Source of the DNA: Agromyces sp.
Lineage (GTDB): Bacteria; Actinomycetota; Actinomycetes; Actinomycetales; Microbacteriaceae
DNA length: 38,456 nt
Assembly: GCA_036378815.1 (NCBI GenBank)
Contig: DASUVU010000068.1
Location: 1-38,456 of the forward strand
Direction: 5' to 3'
Shown here: in pieces, positions 19,218 to 30,023 of the stretch
Layout of the letters: each line of letters begins with the position of its first letter
Position numbering within the stretch: position 1 is the first letter of the stretch
The notes under the pieces: generated by a model
The model's input: only the letters and a program-made list of their open reading frames with translations
Database searches by the model: none
What the model was told of the DNA's origin: nothing
Program-made: the position numbers and the translations under genes

Positions 19218-19640
19218 ATGCCAGAGACCTCGGCAGGAACCCTGACCGCACCCACGAAGCCTGTGAAGCAGCGGCCCGGCGGCACGCTCTATCGCGGTCG
19301 CGAGGGCATGTGGTCGTGGGTGCTCCACCGCATCACCGGTGTCGCCATCTTCTTCTTCCTCCTGGTGCACGTGCTCGACACGGCCCTCGTGCGGGTGAGC
19401 CCAGAGGCGTACAACGCCGTGATCGGCACCTACCAGACGCCGATCATGGGCCTCGGCGAGGTCGCGCTCGTCGGAGCGGTCGTGTTCCACGCGTTCAACG
19501 GCCTGCGCATCATCCTCGTCGACTTCTGGTCGTGGGCCACGCGCAACCAGAAGGTGCTGTTCTACGTCGTGATCGCCCTCTGGGTCCTCACGATGCTCGC
19601 CTTCGTGCCGCGGCACCTCATGAACGTCTTCAGCCACTAG
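19218..19640 (+). CDS. sdhC: Succinate dehydrogenase cytochrome b556 subunit
   Basis: YRGREGMWSWVLHRITG, FHAFNGLRIILVD; GGAGG RBS; candidate -10 TAGACT at 19145-19150. Confidence 0.93.
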   Translation: MPETSAGTLTAPTKPVKQRPGGTLYRGREGMWSWVLHRITGVAIFFFLLVHVLDTALVRVSPEAYNAVIGTYQTPIMGLGEVALVGAVVFHAFNGLRIILVDFWSWATRNQKVLFYVVIALWVLTMLAFVPRHLMNVFSH

Positions 19641-19654
19641 AACGGGGAGCGACT

Positions 19655-20104
19655 GTGACCACCACCATCGAATCCCCGCGCACCCCCGCCCGGCCCGCGC
19701 CCAAGCGCGGCGTCAACTGGGAGAAGTGGGGCTGGATCTACATGCGCGCCTCGGGCGTCGTGCTGATCGTCCTCATCTTCGGGCACCTCTTCACGAACCT
19801 CATGGTCGGCGAGGGCGTGAAGGCCATCGACTTCGGCTTCGTGGGCGGCAAGTGGGCCGACCCGTTCTGGCAGTGGTGGGACGTGCTGATGCTCTGGCTC
19901 GCCCTCATCCACGGCGCCAACGGCATGCGCACCCTCGTCAACGACTACACGAGCCCCGGCGTGGTGCAGAAGGTGCTGAAGGGCGGCCTGTTCGCCGCGG
20001 CGGCCGTGCTCATCGTGCTCGGCACCCTCGTGGTGTTCACCTTCGACCCGTGCCCCGCCGGCTCCCCCGCCGACCTGCTCCCCTCGTTCTGCGAAGCCGC
20101 CTAG
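19655..20104 (+). CDS. sdhD: Succinate dehydrogenase membrane anchor subunit
   Basis: [25 protein letters not shown]; GGGGAG RBS before GTG 19655. Confidence 0.9.
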   Translation: MTTTIESPRTPARPAPKRGVNWEKWGWIYMRASGVVLIVLIFGHLFTNLMVGEGVKAIDFGFVGGKWADPFWQWWDVLMLWLALIHGANGMRTLVNDYTSPGVVQKVLKGGLFAAAAVLIVLGTLVVFTFDPCPAGSPADLLPSFCEAA

Positions 20105-20111
20105 GAGATCC

Positions 20112-21920
20112 GTGAAGTCCGAGAACGCCCACGTCGAGACGAAGGTCGTCGACGGCGTCCATTACCACCAGTACGACATCGTCATCGTCGGCGCCGGCGG
20201 CGCCGGCATGCGGGCGGCCATCCAGGCGGGCCCCGGTGCGAGGACGGCCGTCATCTCGAAGCTCTATCCCACCCGTTCGCACACCGGCGCAGCGCAGGGC
20301 GGCATGGCCGCGGCCCTGGCGAATGTCGAGGAGGACAGCTGGGAGTGGCACACCTTCGACACGGTCAAGGGCGGCGACTACCTCGTCGACCAGGACGCCG
20401 CCGAGATCCTCGCGAAAGAGGCGATCGACGCGGTCATCGACCTCGAGAACATGGGCCTGCCGTTCAACCGCACGCCCGAGGGCAAGATCGACCAGCGCCG
20501 GTTCGGCGGTCACACGCGTGACCACGGCAAGGCGCCGGTGCGCCGCGCGTGCTACGCCGCCGACCGCACGGGCCACATGATCCTGCAGACGCTGTTCCAG
20601 AACTGCGTGAGGCTCGGCATCGAGTTCTACAACGAGTACTACGCGCTCGACCTCGTGATGACCGAGGTCGACGGCGTCGAGCAGCCGTCGGGCATCGTCG
20701 CCTACGAGCTCGCCACCGGCGAGTTGCACGTCTTCCAGGCGAAGGCGATCATCTTCGCGACGGGCGGCTTCGGCAAGATCTACAAGACCACGTCCAACGC
20801 GCACACGCTGACGGGCGACGGCGTCGGCATCATCTGGCGCAAGGGCCTCCCCCTCGAGGACATGGAGTTCTTCCAGTTCCACCCGACCGGGCTCGCCGGC
20901 CTCGGCATCCTGCTGACCGAGGGCGCTCGCGGCGAGGGCGCGATCCTGCGCAATGCGAGCGGCGAGCGCTTCATGGAGCGCTATGCGCCGACCATCAAAG
21001 ACCTGGCACCGCGCGACATCGTCGCCCGCTGCATGGTGCAGGAGGTCGCCGAGGGTCGCGGCGCCGGCCCCCACAAGGACTACGTGCTGTTGGACTGCAC
21101 CCACCTCGGCGCCGAGGTGCTCGAGACGAAGCTGCCCGACATCACGGAGTTCGCACGCACCTACCTGGGAGTCGACCCGGTCTACGAGCCGGTGCCGGTC
21201 ATGCCGACCGCCCACTACGCGATGGGCGGCATCCCGACGAACGTCGCTGCCGAGGTGCTGCGCGACAACGACACCGTCGTCCCCGGCCTCTACGCCGCCG
21301 GCGAGTGCGCCTGCGTCTCGGTGCACGGCTCCAACCGCCTCGGCACGAACTCGCTGCTCGACATCAACGTGTTCGGCAAGCGCGCCGGCGACAATGCGGT
21401 CGAGTACGTGAAGACCGCCGACTGGGTGCCGCTCCCGCCCGACCCGGCGAAGTCCGTGCGCGAGGCCCTCGACCGCCTGCGCAACTCGCCCGGCACCGAG
21501 CGCATCGCGGCGATCCGCAAGGAGCTCCAAGACGAGATGGACCGGAACGCCCAGGTGTTCCGCACCGACGAGTCCCTCGCCCACGTGACCGAGGTCATCG
21601 CGGGCCTCCGCGAGCGCTACCTCAACGTCGCCGTGCAGGACAAGGGCAAGCGGTTCAACACCGACCTGCTCGAGGCGGTGGAGCTCGGCTTCCTGCTCGA
21701 CCTCGCCGAGGTCGTCGTCTTCTCGGCCCGCAACCGGAAGGAGAGCCGGGGCGGCCACATGCGCGACGACTTCCCGAACCGCGACGACGAGGCGTACATG
21801 AAGCACACGATGGCCTACCTCTCGGGCGATCCGCACTCGTCGCACGCCGAAGACCACATCCGGCTCGACTGGAAACCCGTGACCATCACCCGTTACCAGC
21901 CGATGGAGAGGAAGTACTGA
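20112..21920 (+). CDS. sdhA: Succinate dehydrogenase flavoprotein subunit
   Basis: [16 protein letters not shown] covalent-FAD His, [30 protein letters not shown]. Confidence 0.97.
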   Translation: MKSENAHVETKVVDGVHYHQYDIVIVGAGGAGMRAAIQAGPGARTAVISKLYPTRSHTGAAQGGMAAALANVEEDSWEWHTFDTVKGGDYLVDQDAAEILAKEAIDAVIDLENMGLPFNRTPEGKIDQRRFGGHTRDHGKAPVRRACYAADRTGHMILQTLFQNCVRLGIEFYNEYYALDLVMTEVDGVEQPSGIVAYELATGELHVFQAKAIIFATGGFGKIYKTTSNAHTLTGDGVGIIWRKGLPLEDMEFFQFHPTGLAGLGILLTEGARGEGAILRNASGERFMERYAPTIKDLAPRDIVARCMVQEVAEGRGAGPHKDYVLLDCTHLGAEVLETKLPDITEFARTYLGVDPVYEPVPVMPTAHYAMGGIPTNVAAEVLRDNDTVVPGLYAAGECACVSVHGSNRLGTNSLLDINVFGKRAGDNAVEYVKTADWVPLPPDPAKSVREALDRLRNSPGTERIAAIRKELQDEMDRNAQVFRTDESLAHVTEVIAGLRERYLNVAVQDKGKRFNTDLLEAVELGFLLDLAEVVVFSARNRKESRGGHMRDDFPNRDDEAYMKHTMAYLSGDPHSSHAEDHIRLDWKPVTITRYQPMERKY

Positions 21921-21921
21921 C

Positions 21922-22677
21922 GTGTCCACCGCAATCCTCGAGGCGCAGCCCGACACGGCGATCCGCTCCTTCACCGTCACGTTCCTCATCCGCCGGTTCG
22001 ACCCCGACGTCGACACCGAGCCTCGCTGGGAGGACTTCGACGTCGAGATGTTCCCGACCGACCGCGTGCTCGACGCGCTGCACAAGATCAAGTGGGAACA
22101 GGACGGCTCGCTGACCTTCCGCCGCTCGTGCGCACACGGCATCTGCGGCTCCGACGCGATGCGCATCAACGGGCGCAACCGCCTGGCCTGCAAGACCCTC
22201 ATCAAGGACCTCGACATCTCGAAGCCCATCTACGTCGAGGCCATCAAGGGCCTGCCCCTCGAGAAGGACCTCGTCGTCGACATGGAGCCGTTCTTCGCGA
22301 GCTACCGCGAGGTGCAGCCGTTCCTCATCGCCAACTCGAAGCCCGAGCCCGGCAAGGAGCGCATCCAGTCGATCGCCAAGCGCGAGATCTTCGACGACAC
22401 GACGAAGTGCATCCTCTGCGCGGCATGCACCTCGAGCTGCCCCGTGTTCTGGACCGACGGGCAGTACTTCGGGCCGGCGGCGATCGTCAACGCGCACCGG
22501 TTCATCTTCGACGATCGCGACGATGCGGCATCCGTTCGCCTCGACATCCTGAACGACAAGGAGGGCGTGTGGCGCTGCCGTACGACCTTCAACTGCACCG
22601 ACGCGTGCCCGCGCGGCATCGAGGTCACGAAGGCCATCTCCGAGGTGAAGCAGGCGATCCTGCGCGGCCAGCCCTGA
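21922..22677 (+). CDS. sdhB: Succinate dehydrogenase iron-sulfur subunit
   Basis: RRSCAHGICGSD, CILCAACTSSCP, CRTTFNCTDACP. Confidence 0.97.
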   Translation: MSTAILEAQPDTAIRSFTVTFLIRRFDPDVDTEPRWEDFDVEMFPTDRVLDALHKIKWEQDGSLTFRRSCAHGICGSDAMRINGRNRLACKTLIKDLDISKPIYVEAIKGLPLEKDLVVDMEPFFASYREVQPFLIANSKPEPGKERIQSIAKREIFDDTTKCILCAACTSSCPVFWTDGQYFGPAAIVNAHRFIFDDRDDAASVRLDILNDKEGVWRCRTTFNCTDACPRGIEVTKAISEVKQAILRGQP

Positions 22678-22684
22678 CGGCGAG

Positions 22685-22716
22685 CGGATGCCGCGGCATC
22701 CGGTGACGCGGATGCC
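22685..22716. repeat. 18-bp palindrome CGGATGCCGCGGCATCCG plus a third variant copy after sdhB
   Basis: Two overlapping inverted copies of the 10-mer at 22685-22702 and CGGATGCC at 22709-22716. Confidence 0.8.
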
Positions 22717-22742
22717 CCCGGAGCCCTCGCTACGCTGAGAGC

Positions 22743-23993
22743 GTGAGCGAGCGCACTCCGCCTCCGGACGCCCCGCCCGACCCGGCGGTCGACGAGCCGG
22801 CCGTCGGCGAGACCGGGGTTCGCGAGCGATTCGATGCGCTCAGCCAGCCGATCCGCGACCGGCTCGAGGAGCCCATCTCGCGAGTGTCGACGATCACCCG
22901 CAAGACGATGGCGCTGTTCCCGGTGCGGGTCTGGCGGCATTTCCTGGCCCGCAACGGCTTCCTGCTGTCGTCGGGCATGAGCTACCAGGCCCTGTTCGCG
23001 ATCTTCGCCGCGGTCTACGTCGTGTTCGCGGTCGCCGGCATCTGGCTGACGGGCGACCCCGACACGCTCGATGCGTTCGTCACGCTGTTGAACACGTATG
23101 CACCGGGACTCATCGGGGACAACGGCATCATCACGACCGACGACCTCACCGAGATCGCCACCTCCAGCACGAGCCTCTTCGGGCTGACGGGAGCGGTGGC
23201 CCTCGTCGGCCTGATCTGGACGGCCATCGGCTGGGTCACGTACTCGCGATTGGCGGTGCGAAGCATCTTCGGGCTGCCGAAAGACATGCGCGCCTACGCC
23301 CTGCTGAAGGCGCGCGACTTCGTCGCGGCCCTCGTGTTCGGAACGGCACTCCTGATCGCGGCGGTGCTGTCGGCGATGACGACCTCCTTCTTCGGGTGGT
23401 TGACCGATCTGACCGGGATCGACCCGGCGTCGGGCTGGTCGACGTTCCTCCTCCAGGCGGGCGGCTTCGCCGTGGTGTTCGCCATCGACACGCTCGCCCT
23501 CGCGGTGCTCTTCCGGTTCCTGTCGGGCGCGGCCATGCCGTGGCGCCGGATGTGGGTCGGATCGCTGCTCGGATCGGCAGCCCTCACGGTGCTGCAGCTG
23601 ATCAGCGGATTCCTGGTGTCCCGGGTGAGCACCAATCCGCTGCTCGCGACGTTCACCGTGTTCATCGGACTGCTGCTGTGGTTCCGCCTCGTGAGCATCG
23701 TGATCCTGGTCGCCGCGAGCTGGGTCGCGGTCGAGGCATCCGACCACAACGAGTCGCTCCGTCGGGTCACGCCCGAGGAGCTCCTCGCCGAGCAGCGGGA
23801 GCGCGAGCAGAAGGCGCTCGTCACGGCTGCGCAGGTGCGGGTGCGCCAGGCACGTACGGCGCTGGCCGATGCGAGGTGGTGGGAGCGGATTCCGGCGCGC
23901 CGGAGGCTCGCCCGTGCCGAGGAGGAGCTCGAGCGGGCGGAGGCGGCCTCGAGGCCCCCGACGACGGGATCCAGCGTCGGCGGGCTCCCATAG
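22743..23993 (+). CDS. YihY/BrkB-family inner membrane protein
   Basis: GMSYQALFAIFAA, GLIWTAIGW, LLLWFRL; about 6 TM segments; TACGCT-N6-GTG start. Confidence 0.85.
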   Translation: MSERTPPPDAPPDPAVDEPAVGETGVRERFDALSQPIRDRLEEPISRVSTITRKTMALFPVRVWRHFLARNGFLLSSGMSYQALFAIFAAVYVVFAVAGIWLTGDPDTLDAFVTLLNTYAPGLIGDNGIITTDDLTEIATSSTSLFGLTGAVALVGLIWTAIGWVTYSRLAVRSIFGLPKDMRAYALLKARDFVAALVFGTALLIAAVLSAMTTSFFGWLTDLTGIDPASGWSTFLLQAGGFAVVFAIDTLALAVLFRFLSGAAMPWRRMWVGSLLGSAALTVLQLISGFLVSRVSTNPLLATFTVFIGLLLWFRLVSIVILVAASWVAVEASDHNESLRRVTPEELLAEQREREQKALVTAAQVRVRQARTALADARWWERIPARRRLARAEEELERAEAASRPPTTGSSVGGLP

Positions 23994-24003
23994 GATCGAA
24001 GGC

Positions 24004-24843
24004 ATGCCCTCCGCCAAACCCCTCCGTGTCGCCAGCGTCAACGTGAACGGAGTACGGGCGGCGTTCCGTCGCGGCATGGGCGACTGGCTCGCCGGCCGCG
24101 ACGTCGACATCCTCGCGATGCAGGAGGTCCGCGCCTCCACCGAAGACCTGCAGGCCCTCCTCGGTGAGGAGTGGGACCTGCTGCACGATCCGGCGACCGC
24201 GAAGGGTCGCGCCGGCGTCGCGATCGCGAGCCGCAACCGCGCGAGCATCCACCGCGTCGAGCTCGGCGCACCCGACTTCGACAGCGCGGGGCGATGGCTC
24301 GAGGCCGACTACGAGGTCGGCGATCGTGTCGTCACGGTCGTCAGCGCGTACGTGCACTCCGGTGAGGCCGACACGCCCAAGCAGGTCGAGAAGTACCGCT
24401 TCCTCGACGCGATGGAGGCGCGACTGCCCGAGCTCGCCGCGCACTCCGAGCTCGCGCTCGTGGTGGGCGACCTCAATGTCGGCCACCGCACGCTGGACAT
24501 CCGCAACTGGAAGGGCAACGTCAAGCGCGCAGGCTTCCTCCCCGACGAACGCGCGTACTTCGACCGGTTCGTCGGCGCCGAGGATGCCGACGGATACAAC
24601 CGCGGTGCCGGCCTGGGCTGGGTCGACATCGGCCGTCGCTTCGCAGGCGAGGTCGAGGGGCCGTACTCCTGGTGGTCGTGGCGTGGCAAGGCGTTCGACA
24701 ACGACACCGGATGGCGCATCGATTACCACCTGGCCACGGCGACGCTCGCCGACGCCGTCGTCGCGTACTCGATCGACCGCGCCGACACCTACGACGCCCG
24801 ATGGTCCGACCACGCTCCCGTGGTCGTCGACTACGCCATCTGA
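24004..24843 (+). CDS. xth: Exodeoxyribonuclease III / AP endonuclease
   Basis: SVNVNGVRA, MQEVR, GDLNVGH, YSWWSWR, GWRIDY, SDHAPV. Confidence 0.93.
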   Translation: MPSAKPLRVASVNVNGVRAAFRRGMGDWLAGRDVDILAMQEVRASTEDLQALLGEEWDLLHDPATAKGRAGVAIASRNRASIHRVELGAPDFDSAGRWLEADYEVGDRVVTVVSAYVHSGEADTPKQVEKYRFLDAMEARLPELAAHSELALVVGDLNVGHRTLDIRNWKGNVKRAGFLPDERAYFDRFVGAEDADGYNRGAGLGWVDIGRRFAGEVEGPYSWWSWRGKAFDNDTGWRIDYHLATATLADAVVAYSIDRADTYDARWSDHAPVVVDYAI

Positions 24844-25881
<1,038 letters not shown>

Positions 25882-25882
25882 C

Positions 25883-26461
25883 GTGCGCCCCGTGGCACTG
25901 CGCACGGCGCGTCTCGTGCTCGACCTGCCGACGCTCGACGACGCCGATCTCGTGACGCACTACTGCCAGGACCCGGTGTTCGAGCGGTACCTCACCACAC
26001 CGTGGCCGTACACTCGCGCCGACGCCGAGGAGTTCCTCGGCACGCACGTTCCCGAGGCCTGGGCCACGGGCGCCGAGCTCACGTGGGCGGTCAGGGATGC
26101 CGAGGGCGGTCCCCTCCTCGGCGTGATCAGCGTTCGCGAGACCCAACACGAGCTTGGGTTCTGGATGGGTGAGGAGCACCGCGGCACGGGGTTCATGAGC
26201 GAGGCGGCGACGGCGGTCGTCGAGTGGACGCTCGGGGGCGGCATCCGCGGCGCCGGCAGCGTGCTCTGGCGGGCCGTCGAGGGCAACGTGGCGTCGGCGA
26301 AGGTCGCCCGCGCCGCCGGCTTCCGGCGGATCCAGCCCGACCGCCCCACCGTGCCCACCCGCGACGGCGGCACTCTTCCGGCTTGGTACGGCGTGCGTGA
26401 AGCGACGCCCGACCCGAGGGCGCGCGACAGCTGGAACGACATCCTGGGCGCCCACGCCTGA
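25883..26461 (+). CDS. GNAT acetyltransferase (RimJ/RimL-like)
   Basis: LRTARLVL, ELGFW...HRGTGFMSEA (motif A), GNVASAKVARAAGF; GTG immediately after the trpS stop. Confidence 0.85.
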   Translation: MRPVALRTARLVLDLPTLDDADLVTHYCQDPVFERYLTTPWPYTRADAEEFLGTHVPEAWATGAELTWAVRDAEGGPLLGVISVRETQHELGFWMGEEHRGTGFMSEAATAVVEWTLGGGIRGAGSVLWRAVEGNVASAKVARAAGFRRIQPDRPTVPTRDGGTLPAWYGVREATPDPRARDSWNDILGAHA

Positions 26462-26665
26462 GCACGACGTGAGGACCACCGACATCAGAATGGGCCGGAC
26501 GCACCCCCATGCGCCCGACCCGTGGTGACAGCGTAATGCGCGGGCCGCTCGAAGCCCGCCTTGCGAGCCGGTGTGCCGTGACCGGCCGAGATGCGATCGA
26601 GCATCGGGAGCGGCTACGGTGACACTGGCCGTCCCGCCGGATGGCGTACCACCGAACGGACAGAC

Positions 26666-27904
26666 GTGATCGACACCACCCCCGCTGCCGGGCGCACTGC
26701 CATCCACCCGGCCCCCGACGACATTCCCGATCTCGCGGTCGCAGGGGCGACGCCTTCGAAGCGACCGGGTGGTCGCGGCATCCGGCTGATCATCATCGCG
26801 CTCGCCGCGATCGGCGCGCTGGCGGGGGGCTACCTCGTCCATCACGCCCTGTCGACCGAGCTCTATCGCGGTGCCTTCGAACAGCTCGACGAGGCGAATG
26901 CCGAGGTGATCGCGAACGCGGCCGACTACCAGCGGTCGCTGCGCACTTCGGGTGTCGCGGCCAAGCAGGCCGAGGCGCTCGAGGGCGCCATCGTCGCCGG
27001 ATACGCGCGGCCACAGGATGTTGAGGCGTTCCTCGCCGCAAGTGACGCGCTCGCGGCGGCCCTCGACGACGCGGCATCCGCCGAGCCTGCCGAGATCGCC
27101 GAATTCGCCGCACCGGCGGCGGTCGACTCGCCCGCGTGGGACAGGTACGCGGATGCGGCGACGATGCTCGAGCTCGCGACGGCTCGCGACGACGAGGCCG
27201 CCATGTTCGAGGACGCCGCCGATCCGCTGTTCGAGGCGAGGGCCGAGAACCAGGAGGCGGTGGAGTCCCTGTTCGCGGGGGCGCTGGAGATCGCGGCGGC
27301 CGAGCTGCAGGCGAACTCATCGGCGACCCAGCGCACGCGGATCCCCGTGCAGAAGATCGTCGAGGGCACGGCCGACGACACGGGCATGCCCTCCCATTCC
27401 GCGGCGTCGTTCACGTCGCTCGTGCAGGCCATCGACGCGTTGCGGGCCTCGCATGCGGCCGAGGAGGCGCGCAAGCTGGAGCCCGACTACGCGGTGCGCG
27501 CCGAGATCGAGGCGTTCGCCCGTTCCATCGCGGCGGGCGTCGCACTCGACTTCGTGTGGGCATACGAGGTCAACGGCCTGTCCAGCGACGAGTGGTACTC
27601 GGGGACGGCCGAGTTCTGGCCGACCGACGGCGGCTGGGGCGAGATCAACCTCACGCACAGCGTCTCGGACTACTGGGCCGACGACCCCAACGCCAAGGCG
27701 GTGGTCGTGCACGAGGTCGGCCACACCCAGGTGGTGCGGCCTGCGTGCGAGCCGCTGTTCACCGGCCCCGAGTTCGGCGGCGACCACGAGATGTGGGCCA
27801 CCGCATGGGCGATCGGCATGGGTCACGACCTGCCCGGTGCGGGAATCGAGGCCTACGGGCGACCGACCGACGCCCAGATCGCCGTCGCGTCGCAGTGCCG
27901 CTGA
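26666..27904 (+). CDS. Membrane-anchored hypothetical protein with C-terminal HExxH (putative zinc metallopeptidase) domain
   Basis: One N-terminal TM (LIIIALAAIGALAGGYLV), Ala/Glu-rich helical middle, VVVHEVGH followed by EMWATAWA. Start uncertain. Confidence 0.6.
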   Translation: MIDTTPAAGRTAIHPAPDDIPDLAVAGATPSKRPGGRGIRLIIIALAAIGALAGGYLVHHALSTELYRGAFEQLDEANAEVIANAADYQRSLRTSGVAAKQAEALEGAIVAGYARPQDVEAFLAASDALAAALDDAASAEPAEIAEFAAPAAVDSPAWDRYADAATMLELATARDDEAAMFEDAADPLFEARAENQEAVESLFAGALEIAAAELQANSSATQRTRIPVQKIVEGTADDTGMPSHSAASFTSLVQAIDALRASHAAEEARKLEPDYAVRAEIEAFARSIAAGVALDFVWAYEVNGLSSDEWYSGTAEFWPTDGGWGEINLTHSVSDYWADDPNAKAVVVHEVGHTQVVRPACEPLFTGPEFGGDHEMWATAWAIGMGHDLPGAGIEAYGRPTDAQIAVASQCR

Positions 27905-27964
27905 GCCTCCCGCGCCACGGGAATAACCCGGGCGTCTGCGCGTTGGCCTAGAATCAAGACAGAA

Positions 27965-28108
27965 AACGTGCTCCGGGGTCGGTGTAATTCCGAACCGGCG
28001 GTGATAGTCCGCGAGCTGCGAGCGCGAGGCCGACAGGCCCTGCGCGAGCGGTCGAACCGGTGGAATTCCGGTACCGACGGTGAAAGTCCGGATGGGAGGC
28101 GGCACGTG
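27965..28108 (+). ncRNA. FMN riboswitch (RFN element)
   Basis: ACGTGCTCCGGGGTCGGTGTAATTCCGAACCGGCGGTGATAGTCCGCGA...CCGGTGGAATTCCGGTACCGACGGTGAAAGTCCGGATGGGAG..GCACGT matches the RFN consensus; TAGAAT -10 at 27949-27954; directly upstream of ribD. Confidence 0.95.
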
Positions 28109-28179
28109 TCGGCCATGTCGCGCATGGCAGACCATCGGCATCGTCGAGCACCCCCGGAGCCCTGAGACAGGACGACCGG

Positions 28180-29286
28180 ATGACGAGCGACGTGCACACG
28201 ATGACGGATGCCGCCACGATGCGCAGAGCCCTCGAACTCGCGACCCGTGGTCCGTCGAAGGGCGTGAATCCCCGAGTGGGGTGCGTCATCGTCTCCTCGC
28301 ACGGAGACGTGCTGGCCGAGGGCTGGCACCGCGGAGCGGGCACCGCGCACGCCGAGGTCGACGCGCTCTCGCGCCTCGCGCCCGGCGCGGCCGAAGGTGC
28401 CACCGTCGTCGTGACGCTCGAGCCCTGCAACCACACGGGTCGCACGGGCCCCTGCGCCCAGGCCCTCATCGAAGCCGGGGTCGCACGAGTCGTGTATGCG
28501 GTCGCAGATCCCGGCGCCGACTCGGCGGGCGGTGCCGATCGGCTGCGCGCGGCGGGCGTCGAGGTCACCCCCGGCGTGCTGGGCGACGAGGCCGAGGCAT
28601 TCCTCGGCGACTGGCTCTTCGCGGCGCGTCAGGGGCGGCCGCGGGTGACGGTCAAGTGGGCCGCGAGCCTCGACGGACGGGCCGCGGCATCCGACGGTTC
28701 GAGCCGGTGGATCACCGGTCCTGCCGCGCGCGCCGACGTGCATCGCCGGCGTGCCGCCGCCGACGCGATCGCGGTCGGCACCGGCACGATCTTCGCCGAC
28801 GACCCCGCCCTCACCGCGCGCGATCCGGGTGGGGAGTTCTTCGACTCGCAGCCGGTTCCGGTCGTCTTCGGTCGCCGCCCGGTTCCGGCGGATGCCGCGG
28901 TCACGCGTCATCCGCACGCCCCGATCCTGCTCGAGGGCGCCGATCTCGTTCGCGACCTCGGGGAACTGCAGCAGCGCGGCATCCGCTCGCTCTTCATCGA
29001 GGGCGGGCCGACGCTCGCCAGCGCGTTCATCTCCGCCGGCCTCGTCGACGAGCTGCTCGTGTACGTCGCGCCCATGCTGCTCGGCGGGTCGCGACTCGCG
29101 ATCGGCGACCTCGGCGTCGCGAACATCGCAGACGCCCGGCACTTCGACTTCGCCGCCATCGAGCGGCTCGGCGACGACCTCCTCGTCGTCGCTCACCCAG
29201 TCTCGAGCCGCGCTGCGCGCTCCTCGACCAGCACAACAGAAGGACGCGCTGCGCGCTCCTCGACCGACAGAACCGAAGGGAACTGA
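28180..29286 (+). CDS. ribD: Bifunctional riboflavin deaminase/reductase RibD
   Basis: NPRVGC, HAEVDA, TLEPCNHTGRTGPC, KWAASLDG, SRWIT, IEGGP. Confidence 0.95.
   Translation: MTSDVHTMTDAATMRRALELATRGPSKGVNPRVGCVIVSSHGDVLAEGWHRGAGTAHAEVDALSRLAPGAAEGATVVVTLEPCNHTGRTGPCAQALIEAGVARVVYAVADPGADSAGGADRLRAAGVEVTPGVLGDEAEAFLGDWLFAARQGRPRVTVKWAASLDGRAAASDGSSRWITGPAARADVHRRRAAADAIAVGTGTIFADDPALTARDPGGEFFDSQPVPVVFGRRPVPADAAVTRHPHAPILLEGADLVRDLGELQQRGIRSLFIEGGPTLASAFISAGLVDELLVYVAPMLLGGSRLAIGDLGVANIADARHFDFAAIERLGDDLLVVAHPVSSRAARSSTSTTEGRAARSSTDRTEGN
29209..29280 (+). repeat. 36-bp tandem duplication at the ribD 3' end
   Basis: CGCGCTGCGCGCTCCTCGACC identical at 29209-29229 and 29245-29265, followed by similar tails (AGCACAACAGAAGGA / GACAGAACCGAAGGG). 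Confidence 0.85.
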
Positions 29287-29288
29287 CG

Positions 29289-30023
29289 ATGTTCACCGGA
29301 ATCATCGAGGAGCTCGGCTCCATCACGCGCGTCGAACGCAGCGCGGACGCCGCACGGATCACCGTGCGCGGACCGATTGCGGTCGAGGGCGTGAAGCATG
29401 GCGATTCCATCGCCGTCTCGGGGGTGTGCCTCACCGTCGTCGACTTCGATGCAGAGACCTTCACCGCCGACGTGATGGCGCAGACGCTGGCCATGTCGAC
29501 GCTCGCGGACGCGCGCGAGGGCCTGCGGGTGAACCTGGAACGTGCCGCGCTGGTGGGCGATCGCCTCGGCGGCCACATCGTGCAGGGCCACATCGACGGC
29601 ACGGCGCGCGTGCTCGAGGTGCGACCCGGCGAAGCGTGGCGCGTCATCCGGTTCTCGCTCGACGAGGCGCACGCTCCGCTCGTCGTCGACAAGGGCTCCA
29701 TCGCGGTCGACGGGGTCTCCCTGACCGTGAGCGCCCTCGGCGACGAGCCCGACGGCTCGTGGTTCGAGGTGTCGCTGATTCCCGAGACCCTCACCGCCAC
29801 GACGCTCGGCGAACTCGAGGTGGGTGATCTCGTGAACATCGAGACCGACATCGTCGCCCGTCACGTCGAGCGGATGCTGCGGCTGGACGCGCATCGCTCG
29901 CTGCCGTCGTCGGTGGCGGGTTTCGAGACGCCATCGGTCGCTGAACCCATCGAAGCGGCGGCTCCGCAACCTGCGGCAGCGACTCCGCACTCCCCCGCTT
30001 CCGACGCAAGGAGCCTCGCATGA
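29289..30023 (+). CDS. ribE: Riboflavin synthase (alpha chain)
   Basis: MFTGIIEE N-terminus, GDSIAVSGVCLTV, VNLERA, GGHIVQGHID, KGSIAVDGVSLTV, VNIETD. Confidence 0.95.
   Translation: MFTGIIEELGSITRVERSADAARITVRGPIAVEGVKHGDSIAVSGVCLTVVDFDAETFTADVMAQTLAMSTLADAREGLRVNLERAALVGDRLGGHIVQGHIDGTARVLEVRPGEAWRVIRFSLDEAHAPLVVDKGSIAVDGVSLTVSALGDEPDGSWFEVSLIPETLTATTLGELEVGDLVNIETDIVARHVERMLRLDAHRSLPSSVAGFETPSVAEPIEAAAPQPAAATPHSPASDARSLA

Noticed and set aside
26462-26665. Possible structured ncRNA in the 200-bp spacer after the GNAT gene
   Set aside because: Only short GC-rich hairpins and a TACGGT -10-like box; no recognisable riboswitch or T-box motif. An Rfam/covariation search would be needed.
29209-29280. 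Possible mini-CRISPR (21-bp repeat, 36-bp period)
   Set aside because: Only two units, the 15-bp spacers resemble each other, it lies in frame within ribD, and no cas genes are present.
28080-29288. Apparent long N-terminal extension of ribE (647-aa ORF)
   Set aside because: Off-frame shadow of ribD; riboflavin synthase requires a free MFTG N-terminus, which begins at 29289.
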